A stretch of 64,000 nt of DNA from Aggregatilineales bacterium (GTDB taxonomy: Bacteria > Chloroflexota > Anaerolineae > Aggregatilineales > J027). This document shows, one piece after another, positions 1 through 10,165 of the stretch. The notes under the pieces were generated by a model. That model was not told the origin of the DNA. It did no database searches and saw nothing but the letters and a program-made list of their open reading frames with translations. Within the stretch, counting starts at the first letter, position 1. Each line of letters opens with the position of its first letter. The stretch lies in NCBI GenBank assembly GCA_965215855.1, contig CBDCER010000003.1:3467201-3531200 (forward strand). The letters are read 5' to 3'. A program made the translations under genes and the position numbers.

Positions 1-277
1 TGATTTCGATGACTTCTGTGGTGGGCGTGATGCCTGTCGGCAGCATTTCATCGCCTAACAGGGCGTTAACAAATGTTGATTTGCCCGCGTTGAATTCGCC
101 AACGATCACGACCATGAAGAACATATCGCGCAAATCATTAGCGTTTTGCAACAGGCGCTCTTTGTCAGTAGCCGCATCTTCTCCCAATGGGGCGATATGG
201 TCGGCGATGGTAAACAGTAGTTTGACTTCGCGCTCTCGCAAGTCGGCAATGGGGCCTTCGAGTACGATATTGGTCAT
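1..277 (-). CDS. dynamin-family GTPase, N-terminal part (gene runs off the window start)
   Basis: Hand translation of the minus strand from the ATG at 275-277 gives MTNIVLEGPIADLRERE...VVIVGEFNAGKSTFVNALLGDEMLPTGITPTT. It has a P-loop G1 motif followed by TPTT, as in bacterial dynamin-like proteins. It starts 9 nt after the stop of the upstream paralog. Confidence 0.75.
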   Translation of the reverse strand, partial: MTNIVLEGPIADLREREVKLLFTIADHIAPLGEDAATDKERLLQNANDLRDMFFMVVIVGEFNAGKSTFVNALLGDEMLPTGITPTTEVIEI

Positions 278-286
278 GTTTTCCTG

Positions 287-2266
287 TCAGTCCTTTAGCA
301 AGCCAGAAAGCTTCTGTTGTAGCCCAACGACAGTTTGCTCGTGGGCTTCGAGGTCATGTTTCAATTGGTTCGTTTGATCCGTCTGGGTGGTAATCAACCG
401 TGTAAAGGGCGATACAACATCGTGGCGTAGTTGTGTGCCGTAGGCGATTTGCTTTGTTGCGGCCCGTTGCAGGATATCTTGATATTCATCGTATAGATCG
501 TCCATTCGCCGCTGATAGTTGGCCTTAATCATCCAACCTCGGATTGGTAGAAGGGCAAACCCGAGGAAAAGCATGACGATGATAATGACCAGATTCAACA
601 AACCGCTACCGTTGGAGAAAATTGCGCCTGTCGCAATCAAAATTGCCATAATGATTACCACGAACATCCAAAAAGCCATCATGACGACGGTTCCGCGCAA
701 AGCACGGTCAACACGCTCGGTCTGAAAATGCCCAGCTTTGGTGATGAGACTATCCAGATCATTGCGAATATCGCGCAGCGCCTTGCGATCATAACTCATC
801 GGAGATTGGACTTTGCCGATGACCTTATTTTGCAAAGGTGCTGGGAGGTTGTCCATTTGCTGGCGTGTGTAGTCCACCAATTGGTCGATTTCTTCCTGAT
901 CGCGTCCTTCGATGGAGGGGCCAATGCGGTTAGCAATCTCCGGGATGCGTTGTAGTGCTTCGCGTACCTGGTGGCGCTCAAAGGCTTCTTGCCCTTGTGA
1001 ACGGCGACGAAACCGGCGTATCAATATCCCTAGGCCAATGATTTCAAACATTCCGGCAAATGATTGGCCTAGCCCTCGTGAAACCTGGAAAAGTTCTTCA
1101 ATGGCCTCGCACCCGTGACTGGTGGCTTCATTCCATTCTTTGCGAATGTCAGTGATACTCTTTTGCACCAGATTTTCGCGGTCACGAGTCGAGGCGTCAA
1201 TCTGGGATTGGATATTCTCAGCGGCCTTGCTGTGTGAATTCAGCGCCGCCTGCGCTTCACGCACTTGCTCTATCGCAGCGGTAATGGCGTTGCGAGTGAC
1301 CTGCAATGGTGTTTCCAGCTTTTGATGTACGCGCCGCGCATCGTCTAGAGTTTCCTCCAAATATTCCTCAACTTCGGCCAGCCCGCTTTCGTCCCAGATG
1401 ATTTCATCGCGGGGTGCGTCGGGCGAATAGGCAGTCAGAGCTTGTTTGGCAGATACCAGCCAGATTGTTGACTCAATACCCAGATGCAGCCGTGATTGCT
1501 TCTCAGCAAAGTCTCGCACAGCCTCGCGGTCTTCTGGCTCCAATACATCTATCTGGTTGACGATGATGACCATGCGCTTACCATATTCCTTCAGCGATTG
1601 CATGAAAGCCAAGTCTTTGGCTGTAAGCACCTGGGTAGCGATCATCACCAGGAATACGATGTCGGCACGGTGTAGGAATTTTTGCGTTAGCTCATCGTGT
1701 TTTTCGAATACCGATTCCAGTCCAGGTGTATCAACCAGGCTGAGGCGCTGTAACAGCTCCGCTGGATAAAAAATTGTGCTGAGATTGCCCGTGCGGCTTT
1801 TTTGAAGAGTCGGCCCATGACGCAGAATGGCAATGTGGTCGGTGGTGGGCACGGGACCGACATCCAGTACCGCTTGGCCGAGTAGAGCATTGATGACGCT
1901 GGACTTGCCAGAGCTAAAAGGGCCGACCATCGTCAATAGGAAGGGGTGGTCGGCATGAAAAACTGCATCCCGCACTTGTTCGAGATAAGTGTCGGGCAGT
2001 TCATCCACTCGGCCTAGTGTAGTTAACAGCTTATTCAGCTCTTCATACTGCTCACGTCGTAAATCAGCGTAGCGTGCCAACCGCTTGCCCATTTCTTTGG
2101 ATGCGCGTCTCGATTTGCTGGGCACTGGGTTGGCAGGTGGTAAGTCAATTGTTGCTTCGGTGTCTGCTGATGGCGTTTGCACCTCGACCGCAGGCTCAAC
2201 ATCATCGGCATTTGGGGGCTGCCGTTCAGCATTTGTATCCAAGTTGGTTTGTCCTGATTGATTCAA
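287..2266 (-). CDS. bacterial dynamin-like GTPase (BDLP/DynA-type) with C-terminal membrane hairpin
   Basis: 659-aa ORF. It has G1 GPFSSGKSSVINALLG, G2-region PVPTTD, G3 DTPG and NQID (G4-like). There are long helical stalk regions and two adjacent hydrophobic helices near the C-terminus (VVMMAFWMFVVIIMAILIATGAIF / LLNLVIIIVMLFLGFALLPI). Confidence 0.85.
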   Translation of the reverse strand: MNQSGQTNLDTNAERQPPNADDVEPAVEVQTPSADTEATIDLPPANPVPSKSRRASKEMGKRLARYADLRREQYEELNKLLTTLGRVDELPDTYLEQVRDAVFHADHPFLLTMVGPFSSGKSSVINALLGQAVLDVGPVPTTDHIAILRHGPTLQKSRTGNLSTIFYPAELLQRLSLVDTPGLESVFEKHDELTQKFLHRADIVFLVMIATQVLTAKDLAFMQSLKEYGKRMVIIVNQIDVLEPEDREAVRDFAEKQSRLHLGIESTIWLVSAKQALTAYSPDAPRDEIIWDESGLAEVEEYLEETLDDARRVHQKLETPLQVTRNAITAAIEQVREAQAALNSHSKAAENIQSQIDASTRDRENLVQKSITDIRKEWNEATSHGCEAIEELFQVSRGLGQSFAGMFEIIGLGILIRRFRRRSQGQEAFERHQVREALQRIPEIANRIGPSIEGRDQEEIDQLVDYTRQQMDNLPAPLQNKVIGKVQSPMSYDRKALRDIRNDLDSLITKAGHFQTERVDRALRGTVVMMAFWMFVVIIMAILIATGAIFSNGSGLLNLVIIIVMLFLGFALLPIRGWMIKANYQRRMDDLYDEYQDILQRAATKQIAYGTQLRHDVVSPFTRLITTQTDQTNQLKHDLEAHEQTVVGLQQKLSGLLKD

Positions 2267-2359
2267 AGATCATTGTGAAAATAGTAGCACGCCACTGTTG
2301 TCCATTCAATATGCGACTGGTAGGATTGAGAGGTTGCTGTGTAGGGAAAGGTTAGGTGA

Positions 2360-3127
2360 ATGTCTCTGAGTGTGCGCGGTGTCATCTTTGATATGGGGGG
2401 AACTTTGCTACATTACCATCCGCCCGGTGGTGAGTGGGAGGATATGGAGAAAGCCGGAGCGCAGGCTATGATCCGGATGTTAACTCAGCTGGGGCATGAC
2501 GGCTTGCCGCCGCTGCCAGAAGCTGTGCAGCATTGCTGGGAGGCAATGCAGGTTGCATGGAAGGGGCTGCGGGATAATACCGACATGGCAACCATGACAC
2601 TTGGCTACCAATTGCGCCAGGTGACAAATGGGTGGGGATTGATGCTGTCCGATGAAGAAATTCTAATTGCTGAACATGCCTACACCGCCGGGTCACAGGT
2701 CTATGTGCGGCCTTTCCCCGATGCACTTCATACGCTGCAAACGCTCAAGGAGCGTGGTTATCCGGTTGGGTTGATTTCCAACACGGTTTGGCCGGGAACA
2801 GCCCATCAGTATGACCTGATGCACTATGGACTGTGGCCCTACCTGGATTTTGCGTTGTTTTCATCCGATGTGCGGGCCTGGAAGCCATTTCCCAATATTT
2901 TTATACAGGCTGTACAGCGCATGCATCTTGCCCCGGACGAGGTGGTGTATGTCGGTGATAATTTGTTCTTTGATGTTTACGGAGCGCAGCAGGCTGGCCT
3001 GAAAGCGGTGTGGATTGAACAATCGCAGCGATGGTGGCCCCCAACTCTGGAAGTTAATGATATAATTCCTGAATTCACAATACAACAGCTTTCTGATTTG
3101 TTGTTACATCTGAACGGAGGAGCGTAG
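2360..3127 (+). CDS. HAD-IA family hydrolase
   Basis: 255 aa. Motif I-like VIFDMGGTLL, motif II GLISNT, and motif IV YVGDNLFFDVYGA. Confidence 0.8.
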   Translation: MSLSVRGVIFDMGGTLLHYHPPGGEWEDMEKAGAQAMIRMLTQLGHDGLPPLPEAVQHCWEAMQVAWKGLRDNTDMATMTLGYQLRQVTNGWGLMLSDEEILIAEHAYTAGSQVYVRPFPDALHTLQTLKERGYPVGLISNTVWPGTAHQYDLMHYGLWPYLDFALFSSDVRAWKPFPNIFIQAVQRMHLAPDEVVYVGDNLFFDVYGAQQAGLKAVWIEQSQRWWPPTLEVNDIIPEFTIQQLSDLLLHLNGGA

Positions 3128-3131
3128 AACA

Positions 3132-3818
3132 TTGGCTAAACGACGACGTGAAGAACGTGCCGCCCGTCGGCGCAAGCAGCAACAGCAGCAATTCATCGTA
3201 GGAGCCAGCATTGTTGGTGTCGTTATTTTAGTGGGTGCATTGGCTTATTACCTGATTTCCAATCGTGAGGCTTCTTTTCCAGACGAGATATTGACAGCCT
3301 ACGAGGGCTTTGATCAATCCATGGCAGGTGAAGGCTATGCTGGTGTTTTGGGTAGTCCCGATGCCCCCATAGAAGTCCGCGAATTTTCTAGTTTTCTGTG
3401 CCCGGCATGTTTGAATTTGCAATCTGATATCGAACGATTGCATCCGTATATCGAAGAGGGCCAGGTGCGCCTGGTGTTCATTCCGATTTGGAATATTGCT
3501 GGCCCAGCGGCAGATCCCAGCGCCCGTGCTGCGATCTGTGCTGGTCAACAAGACAAATTCTTTGAGATGCACGACGTTATGTTCTATTGGCAGGGCCGTG
3601 AGAGCTACGGTGGCGGCCAGATCGAATCGGCTGCCGATCAGTTGGGGCTGGATACGGACGAGTTCTCTGATTGTTTTGACTCCAGCGATACTCGCCAACT
3701 GGTGCGTCAGGGCAGAGCCGAGTTTGACGGTTTTGGTTTCACGGGTACTCCCAGTGTTTTGGTCAACGGCCAGCGTTCAAACAATGTGATCGGTGATGTG
3801 GAAGCCCTATTGAATTGA
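3132..3818 (+). CDS. DsbA-family thioredoxin-fold thiol:disulfide oxidoreductase, membrane anchored
   Basis: 228 aa. Basic N-terminus plus one TM helix, CxxC active site FLCPAC, and a DsbA-like C-terminal GTPSVLVNG. Confidence 0.75.
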   Translation: MAKRRREERAARRRKQQQQQFIVGASIVGVVILVGALAYYLISNREASFPDEILTAYEGFDQSMAGEGYAGVLGSPDAPIEVREFSSFLCPACLNLQSDIERLHPYIEEGQVRLVFIPIWNIAGPAADPSARAAICAGQQDKFFEMHDVMFYWQGRESYGGGQIESAADQLGLDTDEFSDCFDSSDTRQLVRQGRAEFDGFGFTGTPSVLVNGQRSNNVIGDVEALLN

Positions 3819-3827
3819 TGTAGGAAA

Positions 3828-4916
3828 ATGGCGCACGAGTCACCACATATCATACTCGATGCCCACCAGGACATCGCCTATAATTACTTCGAGGCCGGAC
3901 GCGACTTTCGGCAACCGGCCTTGAAGAAGCGCCAGCATGACAATTCGCCGGAGATACTCAAATCACGCGGGTTGGCAACCATTGGCTTGCCCGATGCGTT
4001 GCAGGGAAGGGTGGGAATTGTCTTTGCCACCCTGTATTCCACACCTGGCTGGTCAAGATTTCCGGCTAAAATCCGTTATAATTCTCCCCGTGAGGCCCAC
4101 GAACAAGCCATGCGTCAGCTTGACTACTACCGGCGGCTGGTCGACTCAGATGACCGGGTGGTCTTGATCCAAACGCAATCAGATTTGCAAATGGTCTTGG
4201 CTTCTTGGGCAGAGGGCTGCGACGAAGCGGAACACCGTCTTGGCCTGGTGATCTTGATGGAAGGTGCTGATCCGATTCTGGAGCCACCCCAAGCTGAAGA
4301 ATGGTTTGCGAAGGGAGTACGGATCATCGGCCCAGCTTGGTCGGAGACACGTTATGCAGGCGGCACGGGACGTCCAGGGCCATTGACTGATCTCGGCCAC
4401 GAATTGTTGGAGGTCATGGCAAGCAATGGAATGATCCTTGATCTTTCGCATCTCGCTGAGAAAGCCTATTATCAGGCTATTGAGCGGTATGAAGGTCCGA
4501 TGATTGCTAGCCACAGTAATCCCCGCCACTTTCTGGATAGCGACCGCATGTTATCGGACAAGATGATTGCACTGCTGGCTGAACGTGATGGCGTTATGGG
4601 ATTGGTTCCTTACAATGGCTTTATGACTCCTGATTGGCGGCCTGGTGACCCGAAGAATCACGTGACGATTGAGCATTATCTAGATATGATAGACTATGTT
4701 TGCCAGTTGACGGGTAGTGCCCGCCATGTTGGGATCGGTAGCGATTGGGATGGTGGTTTTGGCAGCGAGTCTATTCCACATCCGTTTGATACAGTTGCCG
4801 ATTTATGGAAACTCAATGATGCACTTTTAAATCGTGGATTTCAGGTGACGGATGTTCAGGCGGTTCTCAGCGGGAATTTTTTGAGATTATTGCAACAGGG
4901 CTTGCCTTCAAGTTAG
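3828..4916 (+). CDS. membrane dipeptidase (peptidase family M19)
   Basis: 362 aa. N-terminal DAHQDIAYN (DxHxD metal site), DLSH, and ASHSNPRH motifs typical of M19 renal-type dipeptidases. Confidence 0.8.
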   Translation: MAHESPHIILDAHQDIAYNYFEAGRDFRQPALKKRQHDNSPEILKSRGLATIGLPDALQGRVGIVFATLYSTPGWSRFPAKIRYNSPREAHEQAMRQLDYYRRLVDSDDRVVLIQTQSDLQMVLASWAEGCDEAEHRLGLVILMEGADPILEPPQAEEWFAKGVRIIGPAWSETRYAGGTGRPGPLTDLGHELLEVMASNGMILDLSHLAEKAYYQAIERYEGPMIASHSNPRHFLDSDRMLSDKMIALLAERDGVMGLVPYNGFMTPDWRPGDPKNHVTIEHYLDMIDYVCQLTGSARHVGIGSDWDGGFGSESIPHPFDTVADLWKLNDALLNRGFQVTDVQAVLSGNFLRLLQQGLPSS

Positions 4917-4934
4917 AGTTTGGCGTAGTGATTT

Positions 4935-5396
4935 ATGGCCCATCAGGAAACACGTGAACGTTTTGCTCAAATTGGGATTCTGGTCAGCACCTTGGGGCTG
5001 ATATTGGCATTGATTGGCCTGTTCCCCTCCATTACCGGCGTAGAACCGCAGTCGGGTATTGGTGTGCTCCAAATCCTGGTCATTATTTTCGGCCTGACAA
5101 TGCTAACCAGTGGGGCGTTGGTCTTCGTAAAGATTACATTCTATCCTTATTCGAGTCGCAACCTTGCCCAGGATATTGCGGTACGGTTGAGCTTAACGGG
5201 CTTGTTGATGACATTTGCCATTGGGTTGGCCGATGTATTTGGGTTTGGGTCGCATACGCCAGGTAACGAGGAAAATCTCCCTTATTTGGGTCCCTGGCAG
5301 GCGGCAGGCATGTCCATTGGCTTTGCGGTGGCGTCGTTAGGCGTTATTATCTTTGCGCTGATGGGGCCATCTGAAGATGATGGAGACGCTGGATAG
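4935..5396 (+). CDS. hypothetical integral membrane protein
   Basis: 153 aa with four predicted hydrophobic helices and no recognisable motif. Confidence 0.5.
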   Translation: MAHQETRERFAQIGILVSTLGLILALIGLFPSITGVEPQSGIGVLQILVIIFGLTMLTSGALVFVKITFYPYSSRNLAQDIAVRLSLTGLLMTFAIGLADVFGFGSHTPGNEENLPYLGPWQAAGMSIGFAVASLGVIIFALMGPSEDDGDAG

Positions 5397-5549
5397 ACTT
5401 CGTCATTTGATGCAGCAGGCAGTGTGATAGAAAACTTAGCTCAAATGGCGTGTACGCTCGTTGATATTACCCCAAATGCCATTACTGCCGGTTGGCATAC
5501 ATCATTCCACAATGGAGCTGCGCGGGATTATCAAGGCCACATCGTGACA

Positions 5550-6233
5550 CTACTGTGCCTCGAAGCGATAGCCAACCCGATGCTCGGTCACGATATAAGT
5601 GGGATTGGTAGCGTCTGGCTCAATTTTGCGACGTAGTTGGCTGATATAGACCCGTGGATAGTACAGGTCTTCACTGTATTCTCGGCCCCATACTTGTTCC
5701 AGCAGTTCACGTTGGGGCACAACTCGCCCTGCATTTTCAAGCAGAACCGCCAGTAGTTTGAATTCGGTCGGTGTCAAATGTCGTTTTTCTCCGCGTATGT
5801 GGACATGACGGTGTTGCAAATCAATGCGTAAATATCCATCGTCGTAACCACTCTCGGTTTCGCTCACTGACATCTGTGAGCGGCGGAGTAACGCCCTAAC
5901 GCGAGCAACAAATTCCTTCATTCGGATGGGTTTGACGATATATTCGTCAGCGCCAGCGTTTAGCCCCTCCACGATGTCTTCTTCAGTGGTGGCTCGTGCG
6001 CTCAGGAGCATGATTGGCGTTTCGGCAAATTCACGGATACGCTGGCACATGGTCAGGCCATCCATAGCCGGCATCAGAATGTCAGCGATGACCAGGTCAT
6101 ATCGTTCATCATGGAACAGACGCAATGCCTCCAGACCATTGGTCGCCGTCGTCACCTGAAATCCTTCGCGTGTTAGCTTTTGATTGAGCGAGTCGCGGAT
6201 TGCTTCCTCATCATCAACCACCAATATCTTCAT
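5550..6233 (-). CDS. OmpR/PhoB-family response regulator
   Basis: The ORF track gives 5550..6272. I prefer the start at MKILVVDDEE (6233). The receiver domain has DD and the phospho-acceptor D in LVIADILMPAMDG. The winged-helix output has LTPTEFKLLAVLL and VGYRF. No histidine kinase gene is adjacent. Confidence 0.85.
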   Translation of the reverse strand: MKILVVDDEEAIRDSLNQKLTREGFQVTTATNGLEALRLFHDERYDLVIADILMPAMDGLTMCQRIREFAETPIMLLSARATTEEDIVEGLNAGADEYIVKPIRMKEFVARVRALLRRSQMSVSETESGYDDGYLRIDLQHRHVHIRGEKRHLTPTEFKLLAVLLENAGRVVPQRELLEQVWGREYSEDLYYPRVYISQLRRKIEPDATNPTYIVTEHRVGYRFEAQ

Positions 6234-6338
6234 TATGAAGCTCCTATCCAAATTCTGTTGATAGTGTAGCACCGGTACGCGTCTGGAACAAAGCAGATGG
6301 TTTCAACAGACTCTTGACAGCATCAATGCCGGTAGATT

Positions 6339-6365
6339 TTGACTGTGACAAGAAATCACTATAAT
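6339..6365 (+). promoter_or_regulatory. candidate sigma70-type promoter of the liv-type operon
   Basis: TTGACT (6339-6344) and a perfect TATAAT (6360-6365). The spacer is only 15 nt, so the -35 assignment is uncertain. It lies about 50 nt upstream of the GGAGG RBS and the ATG at 6417. Confidence 0.35.
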
Positions 6366-6416
6366 CTTACAGTATCTTTTTTGTAGACTCGGCCACATAA
6401 ATTGGAGGTTCCTCAA

Positions 6417-7649
6417 ATGAAACGATCATTAAAAATCATTGTTGCTGTTGTGCTGGTGCTGACATTCATTGTGCCATTGACTGCCTTGGCGCAAGATGGC
6501 GGCGATGATGACGCTCCACGTATCGGTTTTTGGGATGAATGCCCCACGCCTGAGAATTTACCGGATGAGGTTAAGGTTGGCATTATTTTCGGACTGACAG
6601 GCAGCATTGCTCAGTACGGATCGCCGCAGCTCAACGGTGTTCTTTTGGCAGTGGACGAAATTAACGAAAGCGGTTATCTGGGCGATGCAACACTGGTAGC
6701 CCTCAGTGAAGATGGCGGTAGCGACCGTGAAACATCGATTGCAGCCATGACCAAATTGGTTGAAGAGGATGGCGTAGTGGCCGTCATTGGCCCGACGCTC
6801 TCCAGCCAGGCATTTGCGGCTGATCCTATTGCAGCTGAGGCGGGGGTACCAGTTATGGGTGTCAGCAACACCGCCAGCGGTATTACCACTATGAACGATG
6901 ACGATGCACTGGATCAATTCATCTTCCGCGACAGCCTGCCCGAATCGGGTGTGATTCCGAATACGGTAGCTACAGCGGTTGAAATTCTGGGGATTGAAGA
7001 GGTTGCGGTGCTATATGGTGATGATGATGATTTCACTTATAGCGGTTATGAAGTTTTTGTCGGTGCGTTGGAAGACAACGGCATCACGATTTTGACGGAA
7101 GAGACCTTCGCTCGTGGCGATGTTGATTTCTCAGCACAATTGACCAATATCGTCGCTGAAGATCCAGATGCACTGGTTGTGTCGGCGCTGGCTGCCGAGG
7201 CTATCCAGATCGTGACACAAGCCCGCCAGCTTGGTTACGACGGTCCCATTATCGGTGGCAATGGCTTCAACACACCTGCTATCATTGCTGATGCGGGTGA
7301 GGCCGCCGAGGGTGTAATCGTGGGTGCGGCCTGGAATATCATCAATCCATCTCCCCTCAATGTAGCGTACAGCGAAGCTTACACTGAGACCTACGACGCG
7401 CCGCCGGATCAGTTCTCGACCCAGGCTTATACAGGAGCCTGGCTAATGGCAACAGCTATCCGTTGCGCTGATTCCGACGATTCTTCTACTATCCGTGATT
7501 CGTTGGCAGCCATTGAGGGTTTCGATAGCCCGCTGGGCGAATTCGCGTTTGATGAAGACCGTAACCCGGTTCATCCGCCTGTTGTTCAGATTGTTGACGG
7601 TGGCGAATTTGCAATCTTCGATGCCTCATACGCTGAGGCCTTCGAGTAA
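6417..7649 (+). CDS. livJ: branched-chain amino acid ABC transporter substrate-binding protein (LivJ/K type, PBP1)
   Basis: The ATG at 6417 is preceded by GGAGG (6404-6408). It has a signal peptide and a type-1 periplasmic binding fold pattern, and it is first in a livHMGF-type operon. Confidence 0.8.
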   Translation: MKRSLKIIVAVVLVLTFIVPLTALAQDGGDDDAPRIGFWDECPTPENLPDEVKVGIIFGLTGSIAQYGSPQLNGVLLAVDEINESGYLGDATLVALSEDGGSDRETSIAAMTKLVEEDGVVAVIGPTLSSQAFAADPIAAEAGVPVMGVSNTASGITTMNDDDALDQFIFRDSLPESGVIPNTVATAVEILGIEEVAVLYGDDDDFTYSGYEVFVGALEDNGITILTEETFARGDVDFSAQLTNIVAEDPDALVVSALAAEAIQIVTQARQLGYDGPIIGGNGFNTPAIIADAGEAAEGVIVGAAWNIINPSPLNVAYSEAYTETYDAPPDQFSTQAYTGAWLMATAIRCADSDDSSTIRDSLAAIEGFDSPLGEFAFDEDRNPVHPPVVQIVDGGEFAIFDASYAEAFE

Positions 7650-7729
7650 GATCAATAAACTTTCATCGGAGATGCTCCAGCAACGGAGTATCTTCCACCA
7701 TTTTTTGAAAGATCGAACGAACAATATTT

Positions 7730-8752
7730 ATGGACATCATCCAGCTATTAGGGCTTGAAGACGTTAATGTTTCGCAACAAATTGTGAATGCCATCTGGCT
7801 GGGCAGTATTTATAGCCTGTTTGCATTAGGATATGCTATTGTCTTCAGCGTCTTGGGCGTGCTAAACCTTTCGCACAGTGCCATTTTTATGTGGGGTGCA
7901 TACATTGGGCTGACAGCTGCTTGTGGCGACACTATTTTCGATGGGCGCTGTGTAGAACTGGAACGCTCTATCTGGGCGGCACTTCCGGCTGCAATTATCG
8001 GCGGCGGTATAGTCGCCATCATCGTTGACCGTGTGGCATTCTACCCCCTGCGTCAACGCAATGCGCCGCGTCTTTCCCAACTCATCAGTAGTATTGGGGT
8101 AGCGATTGTGTTGGTGAATCTGGCTCAACTACGTTTTGGCGCCGAGCGCAAAGGCTTTCCGGTACAATCTGTGCCTAATCGACCTCTCGATATTCCCGAT
8201 TTCCTCAACGTCAATTCGCCGATTGATTTGGCCCGATTAGGAGTCGCTTTCCGCATCCAGGATAGCAATATCACCATAACGCCCATTCAGGTGTCGGTCA
8301 TGATTATTGCAGTGGTGTTGATGGTTGTTCTCAGCTATATCGTTGCCCGGACACGGTTGGGACAAGGAATGCGAACGGTGGCGTTTAATGCGCGGGTCGG
8401 CAGCCTGTTGGGTGTCAATACGGATAACATTTATATGATTGCATTTTTTATTTCAGGTGCATTGGCGGGTGCAGCAGGTGCGTTGTATTCGTTGGCCTAC
8501 ACGGTTCCGGTTGACCCGTTTATTGGTGATACCTATGCGTTAAAGGGATTGACTGTCATCGTTTTGGGCGGATTGGGTAGCATTCGCGGGGCGGTACTGG
8601 GAGGGTTTTTGGTGGCCGGGCTAGAAGTGTACGTCACCGCTGCCACTGAATATGGCTACCTGGATCAAGCTTTCGTTTTCCTGTTGTTCTTTATCATTCT
8701 GTTGGTTCGTCCACAAGGCATCCTTGGGCAACCTATCGAAGATCGAGCCTAG
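7730..8752 (+). CDS. livH: branched-chain amino acid ABC transporter permease (LivH type)
   Basis: 340 aa and polytopic, with the LivH-like N-terminus QQIVNAIWLGSIYSLFALGYAIVFSVLGVLNLSHS. Operon position supports the call. Confidence 0.85.
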   Translation: MDIIQLLGLEDVNVSQQIVNAIWLGSIYSLFALGYAIVFSVLGVLNLSHSAIFMWGAYIGLTAACGDTIFDGRCVELERSIWAALPAAIIGGGIVAIIVDRVAFYPLRQRNAPRLSQLISSIGVAIVLVNLAQLRFGAERKGFPVQSVPNRPLDIPDFLNVNSPIDLARLGVAFRIQDSNITITPIQVSVMIIAVVLMVVLSYIVARTRLGQGMRTVAFNARVGSLLGVNTDNIYMIAFFISGALAGAAGALYSLAYTVPVDPFIGDTYALKGLTVIVLGGLGSIRGAVLGGFLVAGLEVYVTAATEYGYLDQAFVFLLFFIILLVRPQGILGQPIEDRA

Positions 8753-8764
8753 GGGAACGTCACA

Positions 8765-10165
8765 ATGGATGCGCTATGGGACTTTCTGAACTCGGTCTTG
8801 CAGCCAGTTTTTGACGAAATCGCCGTCATTATTGATCCCCTCCTGAAAGAACTGGCTCCCCTCGGTCTGTCGGAACCTGTCATTCAGTTTATGCTAATTA
8901 ACGCTATTCTGGGCATCAGTATCTATCTGACGCTTTATTGCGGCATGTTCTCGCTGGCAAATGCGGGTTTCATGGCGGTTGGGGCTTATGTCAGTGCCAT
9001 CCTCACCACGCAACATGGAGCCAGTTATGGCGAAGGGTTGCTGTATGGCATGATCGCAGCAGGTATTATCGCCATTCCAGTAGGGTTGCCGGTCCTACGT
9101 TTGAGGAATATTTACCTCGCCATCGCTACTATTGGCTTTGGTGAAGTGGTGCGCTTGATAATTCTCAACTTCGACAAACTGGCGATCAATCTCCGTGATT
9201 CGGCGATCTATTCACCCATAGTCCGCCCTGTTTTGGAAGTGCTGGTTGAGGATGTCGATGCCAGGCGGCTCCGCATCACCTATGGGCCACAGGGTATCAC
9301 ACGTATTCCTCGCACCACCGAAACCTCCCACATCATTGTCTTTCTGGTTGTTACATGTTATTTCCTCTATCGCTTTCATCATTCGCGCATGGGGCGGGCG
9401 ATGGCAGCCATCCGACAAGATGAAAAAGTTGCCGCCAGCCAGGGAATTAACGTGGTTTTCTATAAAAATGTGGCGTTTTTCATGGGGGCATTGCTAGCAA
9501 GCGCCGCTGGTGTTTTCAATACGCACGCTATTGGTATAGTGGAACCAGGTGCATTTGATTTTAACCGTGCAGTGAATATCTTAGCTTATGCTGTCTTGGG
9601 TGGTCTGGAAAACTGGGTTGGCCCTATTTTAGGCGGCTTGACACTGACTGCCCTACCTGAAGTTTTGCGCGAAATGAAGGAATATAACGGTGTCATCACC
9701 GGTACTATTCTATTGCTCATCATTGTTTACATGCCGGGTGGCCTCACCAGCTTGTTTCGCCTCTCTTTTTGGACTGAGGGCGGCAGTTTCGAGACCGCCA
9801 AACGCATTGCGCTGGCAGGTATTATTATGGTGATTCTGGCAAATTTGCTGCCCTATCGTCGGGTCGAGACCGCCGAAAGTCGCATTTTGGGGTACGAGGT
9901 CTTGAAGCTCTACGGCAATCTCATCATCGCCACTATCTTCATATGGATACTCTATATTCCCCAGAATCCGGCGGGCAATTACTATTCGCGGCCGTTGACA
10001 GCGGTAGCAATAGGAATGATCCTGCTTTTTGTCGGTTTTGCTGCAACCAACACGCTCGAAAATATTACGACTGGTTATTATGTTCAGTTGCTTGGGATGG
10101 GATTGGGCGCTGTGGCGGGTCTGATACGCTATCCCCCAGAACAAGCCATTGAGGTAAGTGAATAA
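8765..10165 (+). CDS. livM: branched-chain amino acid ABC transporter permease (LivM type) with extra C-terminal TM segments
   Basis: 466 aa. The LivM-like core includes GMFSLANAGFMAVGAYVSA and RMGRAMAAIRQDEKVAASQGINV. About 120 extra hydrophobic residues lie at the C-terminus. The stop overlaps the livG start (ATGA-type junction at 10165). Confidence 0.8.
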   Translation: MDALWDFLNSVLQPVFDEIAVIIDPLLKELAPLGLSEPVIQFMLINAILGISIYLTLYCGMFSLANAGFMAVGAYVSAILTTQHGASYGEGLLYGMIAAGIIAIPVGLPVLRLRNIYLAIATIGFGEVVRLIILNFDKLAINLRDSAIYSPIVRPVLEVLVEDVDARRLRITYGPQGITRIPRTTETSHIIVFLVVTCYFLYRFHHSRMGRAMAAIRQDEKVAASQGINVVFYKNVAFFMGALLASAAGVFNTHAIGIVEPGAFDFNRAVNILAYAVLGGLENWVGPILGGLTLTALPEVLREMKEYNGVITGTILLLIIVYMPGGLTSLFRLSFWTEGGSFETAKRIALAGIIMVILANLLPYRRVETAESRILGYEVLKLYGNLIIATIFIWILYIPQNPAGNYYSRPLTAVAIGMILLFVGFAATNTLENITTGYYVQLLGMGLGAVAGLIRYPPEQAIEVSE

